Assembly (NCBI GenBank): GCA_021809895.1
Contig: JAJZJU010000003.1
Location: forward strand, 1-52,301
DNA: 52,301 nt
DNA from: a bacterium
GTDB lineage: Bacteria; Chloroflexota; Dormibacteria; Aeolococcales; Bog-877
Direction: 5' to 3'
Part shown: positions 40,418 through 48,924 of the stretch, piece by piece
Layout of the letters: each line of letters begins with the position of its first letter
Numbering within the stretch: the first letter of the stretch is position 1
The notes under the pieces: model-generated
Databases searched by the model: none
The model's input: only the letters and a program-made list of their open reading frames with translations
What the model was told of the DNA's origin: nothing
Position numbers and translations under genes: made by a program

Positions 40418-40485
40418 TGACGGCTCCTGACGGCTCAGAAGCCGTGTCTTCACGAGTTGTTACCGAAATGTTACAGAAACGTCAC
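40418..40485. promoter_or_regulatory. Direct-repeat operator candidates upstream of the surface-protein gene
   Basis: GTTAC/GTTAC/GTCAC at 40459, 40470, 40481 (11-bp period); TGACGGCTC at 40418 and 40428 (10-bp period). Confidence 0.5.
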
Positions 40486-40649
40486 TCTGGCACTTGCCAG
40501 ATGTCGAGGTTGGTTAGTTGCGGCTCGCCCCTGGGTCCGTTCGGATTGCGAACCCCAGGCGGTGCCAACGCCACCGCCTGGGTCCGAAGCACGGTCGCCC
40601 GGACCCGGGCCCTGAACTACCGCCCGGCTCGAGATGCCCCGTTCAAAGC

Positions 40650-40850
40650 GGCACTCTGATCAGGCATCAACGAGAGCCGGCCGCTGAGGAGGGCGCTGCA
40701 CGTGAGCATCCCTCTCTTGTTGCGATAACCGCGCGCTTTCCGCTTGGCAGCCTGGATGAATGAGTTAATCCCCTCCAGGAGGCTGGCAGGTACTGGTCTG
40801 GTGCCCGCGGACGGCCCCTGACTTGCTTGCAGGCGGTGCCGGTCGTACTC
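40650..40850 (-). pseudogene. ISL3-family transposase C-terminal remnant
   Basis: LLEGINSFIQAAKRKARGYRN matches the ISL3 C-terminal motif; upstream part is degraded. Confidence 0.75.
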
Positions 40851-41278
40851 CGCATATTGCCGAGCCAGAGAGCGCACCGGCTATCTGGGACAACCACACG
40901 CCCGGCAGCCGGTACCCCAAAACGACGCGAGCGCGCTCTGCCACTGTTCTGATCTGGCGCTACCGCCGACATGCTCGCGCCCGAGTCTCGGTCAGCCCCG
41001 CCTCCCGCAGCGCTGGCCATACGGCTCCACCAGGCCCCAGACGGTTGATGGCCGGTCGGAGCGGGTCGGCCGCGCTAGCGCCGCCCTCCTTCACGAGTGC
41101 CGAAACCTGCTGCCCTGACCGCTGGCCCCGACCATCGACCGTCTGTTCCCCGGTCAGGGCCGGAGGGCCCCGAGCTGCAGGGAATCCTCCGTCGGCATGA
41201 GCGTAGTGCCAGCTGGTGAGGGGGCCGAGGCCCAACTAAACTCGAAGGTGAGTCGGCGAGAACGTGGAGGTGGCGGAT

Positions 41279-42265
41279 ATGCAGATGCGCAAACTTGGTG
41301 GCCAGGGGCTGGAGGTGTCGGCCCTGGGGCTCGGATGCATGGGAATGTCGGAGTTCTACGGCCAGCGCGACGACCAAGAGTCGATCGCCACCATCCACCG
41401 TGCGCTTGAGCTCGGCGTCAACTTCCTGGACACCGCCGACATGTACGGGCCCTTCCACAACGAGCGCCTGGTGGGTGAGGCGATCGCCGACCGCCGGGAC
41501 CAGGTGATCCTCGCCACCAAGTTTGGCAACGAGAGGCGCGAGGACGGTTCCTGGGTGGGCATCAACGGCCGCCCAGAGTACGTTCGGCGGGCCTGTGACG
41601 CCTCCCTCACCAGGCTCGGCGTCGATCACATCGACCTGTACTACCAACATCGGGTGGACCTCGAGGTCCCCATCGAGGAGACCGTGGGCGCGATGGCCGA
41701 GCTGGTGGAACAGGGCAAGGTGCTCTTCCTGGGGCTATCGGAGGCGGGTGCCAGCACGATCCGGCGCGCCCACGCGGTTCATCCCATCTCAGCCCTCCAG
41801 ACCGAGTACTCGCTCTTCACCCGCGAGCCGGAGCCGGAGATCCTGCCCACCGTGCGAGAGCTGGGGATCGGCTTTGTCGCCTACAGCCCGCTCGGACGCG
41901 GCATGTTGACAGGCCGCGCTCGCAGCACCGAGCAGGTGAGCGCGGACGGTGACACCAGGACGGCCCGCTTCCCCCGGTTCGCCGCTGAGAACTTGGAGCG
42001 CAACCTGGCCCTGGTGGACCGGATCGAGGAGATAGCCCGGGACAAGGGAGCCACCCCCGGACAGGTGGCGATCGCCTGGGTCTTGCACCAGGGGCAGGAC
42101 ATCGTTCCCATCCCGGGCACCAAGCGGCGCCGGTATCTGGAGGAGAACCTGGCAGCCGCCGAGCTGTCCTTGGATGGGGAGACCCTGGAGCAGCTGTCGG
42201 AGCTGGCACCGCTGGGAGCTGTCGCCGGCGAGCGTTACGCCAACATGAAGACGGTCAACCGCTGA
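41279..42265 (+). CDS. Aldo/keto reductase
   Basis: [40 protein letters not shown]; GGAGG RBS before ATG 41279. Confidence 0.95.
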   Translation: MQMRKLGGQGLEVSALGLGCMGMSEFYGQRDDQESIATIHRALELGVNFLDTADMYGPFHNERLVGEAIADRRDQVILATKFGNERREDGSWVGINGRPEYVRRACDASLTRLGVDHIDLYYQHRVDLEVPIEETVGAMAELVEQGKVLFLGLSEAGASTIRRAHAVHPISALQTEYSLFTREPEPEILPTVRELGIGFVAYSPLGRGMLTGRARSTEQVSADGDTRTARFPRFAAENLERNLALVDRIEEIARDKGATPGQVAIAWVLHQGQDIVPIPGTKRRRYLEENLAAAELSLDGETLEQLSELAPLGAVAGERYANMKTVNR

Positions 42266-42274
42266 TCTCATTCA

Positions 42275-42298
42275 GGCTGGGCCCGCATGGGCCCAGCC
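42275..42298 (+). terminator. Terminator-like hairpin after the AKR gene
   Basis: GGCTGGGCCC-GCAT-GGGCCCAGCC 9 nt after the stop; no U-tract. Confidence 0.5.
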
Positions 42299-42361
42299 CT
42301 GAGTGGCCACCCGCCCCGAGGCACCAGAGGGCCCGCAGCCACCTCCCGCGTCCCCGCGGAA

Positions 42362-42408
42362 CCACAATATGAGGGGTAGAATGCCTGCAGTCGCCCCATA
42401 TGCTGTGG
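42362..42408 (+). promoter_or_regulatory. Tandem NrdR boxes around a TAGAAT -10
   Basis: CCACAATATGAGGGGT (42362) and GCCCCATATGCTGTGG (42393), starts 31 bp apart; TAGAAT at 42377-42382. Confidence 0.65.
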
Positions 42409-42430
42409 GCGAGGTTCGAATCGGAGATCC

Positions 42431-42922
42431 ATGCGCTGCCCCTACTGCAACCACGACGATCTGCGGGTGGTGGACTCGCGCGACTCCGAGACCGGAGAGG
42501 CGATCCGACGCCGACGCGCGTGCAACAGCTGCAACAAGCGCTTCACGACCTACGAGCGGATAGAGTCGGTGCCGTTTTACATAGTCAAGAAAGACGGTCG
42601 GCGGGAGGACTTCGACCGCCAAAAGCTCTTCCTGGGGCTGATGAACGCATGCAAGAAGCGGGACATCTCACCCGCCCAGGTGACCGAGATAGTCGATGAG
42701 ATCGAGGGGGATCTGCGCGGGCGCGGGCAGTCCGAGCTTCCCAGCCGGGAGGTGGGAGAGCTGGTCATGAACCGCCTGCGCCAGCTCGACGAGGTTGCCT
42801 ACGTGCGGTTTGCCTCGGTGTACCGTTCGTTCCGCGATCTCTCTGAAGTGCGCAACGAGATCGACCAGATCCTAGTCGGGGACCGCACCTCTCGCCGACG
42901 ACGTGCCAGCAGCAAGGCCTGA
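42431..42922 (+). CDS. nrdR: Transcriptional repressor NrdR
   Basis: MRCPYC..VVDSR..IRRRRAC..CNKRFTTYER, ATP cone, LDEVAYVRFASVYR. Confidence 0.97.
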   Translation: MRCPYCNHDDLRVVDSRDSETGEAIRRRRACNSCNKRFTTYERIESVPFYIVKKDGRREDFDRQKLFLGLMNACKKRDISPAQVTEIVDEIEGDLRGRGQSELPSREVGELVMNRLRQLDEVAYVRFASVYRSFRDLSEVRNEIDQILVGDRTSRRRRASSKA

Positions 42923-43607
42923 TTTCGAGCAGGGACTGGAGCGGCTGCGCGGCGCCGTGGCCGAGGTGGCGGAGCGCATCGAGGCCGCCCGTGGGCGGGC
43001 GGGTGGGGACCCGGTCAGCCTGCTTCCCGTAACCAAGGGCCACCCCATCGAGCGCGTCCGCCAGGCAGCCGCTCTGGGCTTCAAGGAATTCGGGGAGAAC
43101 TACCTGCAGGAGTGTCAGGGCAAAGCGGCCCTGGAGCCGGAGTTCAACTGGCACCTGCTCGGTCACCTGCAACGCAACAAGGCGGCCAGAGCCGCCCTGC
43201 TGTTCGGCGTAGTGGAGACCATCGACACCCTCTCCCTGGCCCAGCAGGTCTCCTTGGCCCACCGGGGCCGGGAGCCACTCCCGGTTCTATGCGAAGTGGA
43301 CTTCACCGAGATCCCGGGACGAAGCGGCTTCAAGCCTGGGGATCTGCTGCAGGTGGCGCCAGAGGTCGCCACTCTGCCGGGGATCAGCCTGGGTGGTTTG
43401 ATGACGGTGGCTGACCCCGCCTCTCCCCAGCGTTGCTTCAGCGAGTGCCGGGAGTTGCGGGAACAGCTGGTGGCACAGCTGGGCCGACCGCTGCCTGTGC
43501 TCAGCATGGGCATGAGCGACGACTTCGAACTCGCCATCGCGGAGGGCAGCACGCAGGTGCGTTTGGGCAGCGTCCTCTTCGGACCGCGGCCGCCCCGGCT
43601 GGGCTGA
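42903..43607 (+). CDS. yggS: PLP homeostasis protein YggS
   Basis: LLPVTK, FGENYLQE, WHLLGHLQRNK, LSMGMSDDFELAIAEGSTQVRLGS. Confidence 0.95.
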   Translation: MPAARPDFEQGLERLRGAVAEVAERIEAARGRAGGDPVSLLPVTKGHPIERVRQAAALGFKEFGENYLQECQGKAALEPEFNWHLLGHLQRNKAARAALLFGVVETIDTLSLAQQVSLAHRGREPLPVLCEVDFTEIPGRSGFKPGDLLQVAPEVATLPGISLGGLMTVADPASPQRCFSECRELREQLVAQLGRPLPVLSMGMSDDFELAIAEGSTQVRLGSVLFGPRPPRLG

Positions 43608-43608
43608 C

Positions 43609-44910
43609 TCAGTCGGGCGATGAGGGTGGAGAGGATGCCTCATCCACCGGCACCTCCTGACGGGAGGGTCGGCGGAGGCGGAAGCTGCGCAGGAGGCGGC
43701 GATTGCGCATCTCTCCCAGGCTGTCCGGCCGGGAGGCGCTGTAGAGGTCGGGGCGCTGAGCCCGCCAGTCACCGACACCGGCGCGAATGAGCACGGTCAC
43801 ATAGCTCGCCGCGGGAACCGCGACCAGGGCTCCCAGGAACCCTCCCACCTCCACTCCCGCGAACAGGGCCAGCAGGGTGACGATGGGATGGAGCTGGACG
43901 AACCGGGCCTGGATCCTCGGCACCAGCAGGTACCCCTCCACCACATGGATGCCTAGGAAGAGGATCAGGGTGAAGACCGCCAGGGTCGGGCTCTTGGTGA
44001 GCGCCAGCAGAATGGCTACCGCTCCGCCGGCAAATGGGCCCACCAGGGGGATGAGCTCGAACAACCCCGCCGCCAGCGCCACCACCAGCGGGAATGGCAC
44101 CCCCAGCAGGAATGTCCCGACCCCAGCCATCGCCGCCACCACAAGGGCGAGTAGAAGCTGCGCTCTGACGTAGCCACCCACCACTACCGAGTAGGCGTCG
44201 ATGCCGAACTCCAGCTCGCGGGCGGCTCTGGTCGGGAACAGGGCGACGAAGCGCTGGCGTAGCTCGCGCGCGTCGCGCATCAACCAGAAAGAGAGGACGA
44301 TCGAGATCACGACGTCGACCAGGATCCCTACGGCGCTGGTGACCCCGGTCACCGCCAGGCCGGTCAGCTGGGGGACCAAGCTGGTCAGCTTGGAGGTGAC
44401 AAAGGACACCGCGTCGACCTTCACCCCGTGATCCCTCAGCTGCTGTTGAAGCTGGGTCACAACACGCTCCACCCGATGGACCAGGCTCGGCGCCTGGACG
44501 GCCAGGCCCCGGCTCTCAGCGACCAGCGGCCCTGACACCAACCAGAAGATGAGGCCCAATAGGCAGACTCCGAAAACCATGGTGAGCAGCGCCGCCAGCG
44601 TGCGGGGGACCCTGGCGCGCCGCTCCAGCAGATCGACCGCGGGGGTCCCCAAAAACGAGATGATCGAGGCCAGCAGGGCGCAGATCAGAACCACCAGCAG
44701 CGCAGCCGCCAGCCCCTTGAGGATCAGGAGCAGTTGGTATACGAGGAAGGCGGTTAGCAGGATTGCCGCCGCTCGGCCCCAAAGTAGCGCCGACCGCCCC
44801 AGTCCGTCAGGCTGGGCCCCAGACGAACCGAGCGCCGAGTCCGGACGTCCTGCGGAGGCGGGTGGGAGGATTGGCGGCTGCGCCGCCGGTGGAGTCGGGC
44901 CGACTGCCAT
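43609..44910 (-). CDS. AI-2E family transporter
   Basis: GGYVRAQL, FELIPLVGP, HVVEGYLLVPRI...LHP, GFLGALVAVP. Confidence 0.9.
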   Translation of the reverse strand: MAVGPTPPAAQPPILPPASAGRPDSALGSSGAQPDGLGRSALLWGRAAAILLTAFLVYQLLLILKGLAAALLVVLICALLASIISFLGTPAVDLLERRARVPRTLAALLTMVFGVCLLGLIFWLVSGPLVAESRGLAVQAPSLVHRVERVVTQLQQQLRDHGVKVDAVSFVTSKLTSLVPQLTGLAVTGVTSAVGILVDVVISIVLSFWLMRDARELRQRFVALFPTRAARELEFGIDAYSVVVGGYVRAQLLLALVVAAMAGVGTFLLGVPFPLVVALAAGLFELIPLVGPFAGGAVAILLALTKSPTLAVFTLILFLGIHVVEGYLLVPRIQARFVQLHPIVTLLALFAGVEVGGFLGALVAVPAASYVTVLIRAGVGDWRAQRPDLYSASRPDSLGEMRNRRLLRSFRLRRPSRQEVPVDEASSPPSSPD

Positions 44911-44946
44911 GCTGGGGGGAGTGTAAGGAGTTAGCGGAGCGCCTGA

Positions 44947-46482
44947 TCAGGCGACGCTCACCACGATCTCCTGGCGGCCCCTGGCGCCGTTGGGGTAACT
45001 GCCGACGCTGCGGGCAGATTGCACCCGGCCCTGCCTGTCCTCGGCCCTGACGGTGAGGGTGTAGAGACCAGGACCAGGCCGCCACGGGAGGCTCCAGACA
45101 GACCAGGCAAACCGGGAGAGCTGCGGCTGGATCCGAGCCGGCACCCAGTGGGCACCACCATCCGCGCTCACCTCCACTCGCTGCACTCCCAAATTGCCCG
45201 CAAAGGCAACCCCGCTGAGCAGGTACGCCCTGCCGGCCCTCAGGCTGGCGCTGCCGGCCGGGAAGTCGAAGCGGGAGAAGATGTGTGGCACCGCGGCAGC
45301 GTTCCAACCCTGCTGCTCCCAGTAACCCGAGAACGATCCAGCGGTCGTGGAGATCCCGGTCAACCACTTGGGATCCTTCATCCCGTAGTGCCCTGTGACC
45401 AGGATCCGCACCGGAAATCCATGCTGGGCGGGGAGAGCTCTGCCATTGAGGTGGGTTGCCAGCAAGGTCGATGGGAGCATCGCCTCCTCCACCGCCAGGC
45501 TCTCCGAATATCCATCGGCACAGTGGAAGACCACCTCCTTCGCGTTCCGAGGCAGACCGACCGCTTCCAGCAGGCGGGAGAGCTGGACGCCCCGCCAAAC
45601 GCCCGTGCTGATGAGGGTTCCCCCGACCGGATTGGAGATGCATTCGAGGGTCTGCACCTGTTCAAGGTGCGGCATCGCCAACAGCTGGGGGTAGGAGAGC
45701 GAGCTGGACTGGTTACCGCTGAGCTCAAGTCGCCAGGTGGAGGGGTCCAGGCGGGGCGGCCCCAAGAGGTCCTTGGATACGATGTAGAAGTCGGAGATGG
45801 GGGTCACCCCGGCCGGAATGACGCCGCCCGCAACGGCCGCGCCCCTGCCCAGGAGCGCCGGCGGTGCCTGGGCGGCGAGGACCCTGCTGCCCAGATACCC
45901 GAGCGACACCGCCCCCAGCGCGCCCCCTGAGACGGCCATGAACCGCCGCCGACTCATGGTCGAGAAGGTGGACGAGCCGCGGGTCCCGGGAGTGTTCCCA
46001 CTGAGCCGAGGAAGCCCGACCAGGATCTCCACCAGGCCACAGAGGAGCAGCCAGTCAGCGAGTGTGCTGACAGCAGCGGAGGTGTCGTACCCACCCTCCG
46101 CCACCAGCAGCAGCGGCTGTGTCAAGACCCACAGAGAAAGAGCGGGCAGCAGCCAGCGCCACCACCAGTCGCCGGCTCGTGACTGCATCGCGGCGGGCCC
46201 GAGCGGCAGCTCCGACCGCGCCCAGCGCGCCACCACCAGGCCCAGACCCGCGCCGATGGCGATCAGCAGGGCCGCGGTCCCCAGCAGCAGCAGCGGCCTG
46301 CCCCTCTCCTGAAGCGCGTCGATCATGGTCCCGAATACCGGTCCGGGCAGCAGCAGCGCCAGTCCAGAGCCGATCACCTCGATGAGGCTCGTGACTCCCG
46401 CAGCCAGCCTTAGCGCCAGCATCGCCGCCACCGCCATACCACCGGCGCAGGCCCCCAGGGCAGCCGCGGAGCGACCATTCAC
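44947..46482 (-). CDS. Membrane-anchored molybdopterin-dependent oxidoreductase (sulfite oxidase family)
   Basis: N-terminal TMs, internal SRRRFM Tat-like motif, TLECISN, WRGVQL, ADGYSESL, HGFPVR..GHYGMKDPKWL. Confidence 0.9.
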   Translation of the reverse strand: MNGRSAAALGACAGGMAVAAMLALRLAAGVTSLIEVIGSGLALLLPGPVFGTMIDALQERGRPLLLLGTAALLIAIGAGLGLVVARWARSELPLGPAAMQSRAGDWWWRWLLPALSLWVLTQPLLLVAEGGYDTSAAVSTLADWLLLCGLVEILVGLPRLSGNTPGTRGSSTFSTMSRRRFMAVSGGALGAVSLGYLGSRVLAAQAPPALLGRGAAVAGGVIPAGVTPISDFYIVSKDLLGPPRLDPSTWRLELSGNQSSSLSYPQLLAMPHLEQVQTLECISNPVGGTLISTGVWRGVQLSRLLEAVGLPRNAKEVVFHCADGYSESLAVEEAMLPSTLLATHLNGRALPAQHGFPVRILVTGHYGMKDPKWLTGISTTAGSFSGYWEQQGWNAAAVPHIFSRFDFPAGSASLRAGRAYLLSGVAFAGNLGVQRVEVSADGGAHWVPARIQPQLSRFAWSVWSLPWRPGPGLYTLTVRAEDRQGRVQSARSVGSYPNGARGRQEIVVSVA

Positions 46483-46642
46483 AGCTACCGCCTCCGGTGA
46501 GGATCCAGGACTTGCGATCCGAGACGGCTGGGCGCCCCTGGGTTCAGCGTCGCCGTCTCCTCGGGAGACGCCCTTCCCGCCTCGGCGCTGTCGCTGTTCA
46601 CTGCTCTCCTGATCGTAGATCCCAGAGCCGTGCCAGCTTGGA

Positions 46643-48355
46643 TCAGTCCCGAGTCGGGCGCAGGTCCCGAAGCATCAACCGCAGTCTCTCCCGACCCCGC
46701 CACCTGCTGGCGTCAAGTTCGAACAGAGCGTCCACCCGTCGTCCCATAGGGAGGTGCCGGCCGAGGCCAGGGCGATTGAACGCGATCGCCTCCAACTGGC
46801 CGGTGCCGTCGTCGAGCACGACCCTGAGGTGATCGCCGTTGCTTCCGAAGGGCTGAGCGTTCACGACTCGGCAGTGGTGGGCACTGAGGGTGACCCGAGG
46901 ATTGCCGATCCCGAACGGGCCCAGCCCGGCAAGCTGGTCAGCCACCCCGAGGTTGCACTCGGACAGCTTCACCCGGGCGTCAACTGAGAACACGCGGCAC
47001 GGCGTGGTCCCCTGGAGCTGCCTGCGAACGGCTTCGTCGACCAGACCGCCGAACGCGGCGGCACGCTCTGAATCCGGCGGCAGGCTGAAGCCCCCGGCAC
47101 CACGGTGGCCGCCCCAGCGCAGCAGCTCCGGGCCGGCCGCCGCCAGCGCCTCGACCACGTTCAGACCGGCAACCCCTCGGGCCGACCCCTTCCACTCCTC
47201 CCCAGCCATCGAGTAGATGAAGGCGGGACGCTGGAACTCTTCCGCCAGCCGACCTGCGACCAGCCCCACAACCCCAGCCGGGAAGGCGCCTGCCCCCAGG
47301 ACTATGGCCCCGGTCTCGTCTGGGAGCTCTTCCACCATCGGCCTGGCCAGCTCCATCGCCTCCGCCAGGGAACGGCGGCGGCGGCGGTTGAGGTGCTCCA
47401 GGGCCAGGGCCGCAGTTTCAGCCTGCCCTTTGGTGTCCGCCAGGCAGCACTGCAGAGCGAGGCTGGCATCCTCCATCCTGCCGGCGGCGTTTATCCGTGG
47501 CCCGATCGAGAAGCCAAGGTCTGAACTGGTGATCGGCCCCTCCAGGCCGGCGCCGCGGGCCAAAGCCAGAAGGCCCAGGGGCGCCGCATCAGCCCAGCTG
47601 GCCAAACCCTGGCGTACCAACTGGCGGTTCTCGTCGACCAACGGCATGAGGTCTGCGACCGTGCCGAGGGCGACCAGCGGCAGTCCTGCCGCCGCTGTCC
47701 CAGGAGGCAGCAGCCCCCGGCTCTCAAGCGCCTGCACCAGCTTGTAGGCGACCCCCACCCCGGCCAGGCCCGAGAAAGGATAGCGGTCCCCGGGACGCTG
47801 CGGATTGATGAGGGCATCGGCGGGAGCCAGTTGCACCTGCCCACTGCTTGGGTCTACGCGAGGCAGGTGATGATCGGTGATCACCAGGCCCATGCCCGCG
47901 GGACGCTCGGCCACCACCTCCACAGCTGTGGTCCCGCAGTCCACGGTGATGACCAGGGCGGCTCCTCTAGCCGCGAGCTCGTCAAGGGCCTGGGCGTTGA
48001 GGCCGTAGCCCTCGCTGTCGCGGTTGGGAATGTAGGCCAAGGGGTCGAGATGCGCCGCCCGCAGGGACCGCACCAGAAGGGCGCAGGCGGTCACTCCATC
48101 GGCGTCGTAATCGCCGTAGATGGCGACCTGGGCCCGATCTCGAATCGCCCGAGCGACCAGCTCCAGCGCCGGCTCCATATCGGTCAGCAGGCCCGGTTCG
48201 TGGTCCTGGAGGCTGGCATCCAAGGTCCCATCGAGCCCGCGGGACAGAAGCACCCGCTCCAGCACCGGCGTTCCCTCGGGAGCGGCAGCGGGCAGCTCCC
48301 AGCGCCGGGGTGCCCTCAGCAAGAACTCGGATCTCGCCGGGAAAGAGGCAGGCAA
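46643..48355 (-). CDS. recJ: Single-stranded-DNA-specific exonuclease RecJ
   Basis: IYGDYDADG, ITVDCG, ITDHH, LGTVAD, GPRINAAGR, GSAR, GGH.GAGG. Confidence 0.95.
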   Translation of the reverse strand: MPASFPARSEFLLRAPRRWELPAAAPEGTPVLERVLLSRGLDGTLDASLQDHEPGLLTDMEPALELVARAIRDRAQVAIYGDYDADGVTACALLVRSLRAAHLDPLAYIPNRDSEGYGLNAQALDELAARGAALVITVDCGTTAVEVVAERPAGMGLVITDHHLPRVDPSSGQVQLAPADALINPQRPGDRYPFSGLAGVGVAYKLVQALESRGLLPPGTAAAGLPLVALGTVADLMPLVDENRQLVRQGLASWADAAPLGLLALARGAGLEGPITSSDLGFSIGPRINAAGRMEDASLALQCCLADTKGQAETAALALEHLNRRRRRSLAEAMELARPMVEELPDETGAIVLGAGAFPAGVVGLVAGRLAEEFQRPAFIYSMAGEEWKGSARGVAGLNVVEALAAAGPELLRWGGHRGAGGFSLPPDSERAAAFGGLVDEAVRRQLQGTTPCRVFSVDARVKLSECNLGVADQLAGLGPFGIGNPRVTLSAHHCRVVNAQPFGSNGDHLRVVLDDGTGQLEAIAFNRPGLGRHLPMGRRVDALFELDASRWRGRERLRLMLRDLRPTRD

Positions 48356-48417
48356 GGCACGGCTGGCTCAGTTTAAGCCCGCCGCCTGATCCACTCCAAG
48401 CCGTCACACTTGTCGCT

Positions 48418-48924
48418 GTGAGCGTGGTCGGCCAGCAGTCCCAGGGCGAGTCAGGGCCAGAGGTCCTCGAGGAGGAGGCTCGGGCCAAGGCAGAGCGCCG
48501 GCGGCGGGGACTGCAGCTGACCAACTTCGTGATGCATTCCACCTTCTGGGTGCTGCTGACCTATTTCGCGACCGACTACCTGCCGCCCCTCACGATTCGG
48601 GGGACAGTCGGCCTGGTTGCGCCCAGGGGAATCCAGTTCCTGATCGGTTACCTGGCTCTCAGCGTGGTGTGCCTTCTGCTGGGGGTCGGGTTCGGAAACT
48701 TCTACAAGCCGCGCGTCAGCGCCAGCAGGTACCCCTGGCGCTGGTACCTGTTCCCCCTGATCGTGGCCGTGGTGCTCATCCCTCCTCAGGGGAACAGCAC
48801 CCTCCTCAGCAGCCTGATCGAGGCCCTGTGCCTGCTCGCAGGTGCGGTTTTGGGGACGGCTCTGCCCTTGTGGGTCAGGCGATCGCGGCGGAGCGCTCGG
48901 TCAGATCCCGCGGCCGATTCCTGA
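48418..48924 (+). CDS. Hypothetical membrane protein (about 4 TM)
   Basis: Hydrophobic segments; GTG 48418 lies 7 nt after CACACT; 3' end overlaps the convergent cofGH. Confidence 0.6.
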   Translation: MSVVGQQSQGESGPEVLEEEARAKAERRRRGLQLTNFVMHSTFWVLLTYFATDYLPPLTIRGTVGLVAPRGIQFLIGYLALSVVCLLLGVGFGNFYKPRVSASRYPWRWYLFPLIVAVVLIPPQGNSTLLSSLIEALCLLAGAVLGTALPLWVRRSRRSARSDPAADS

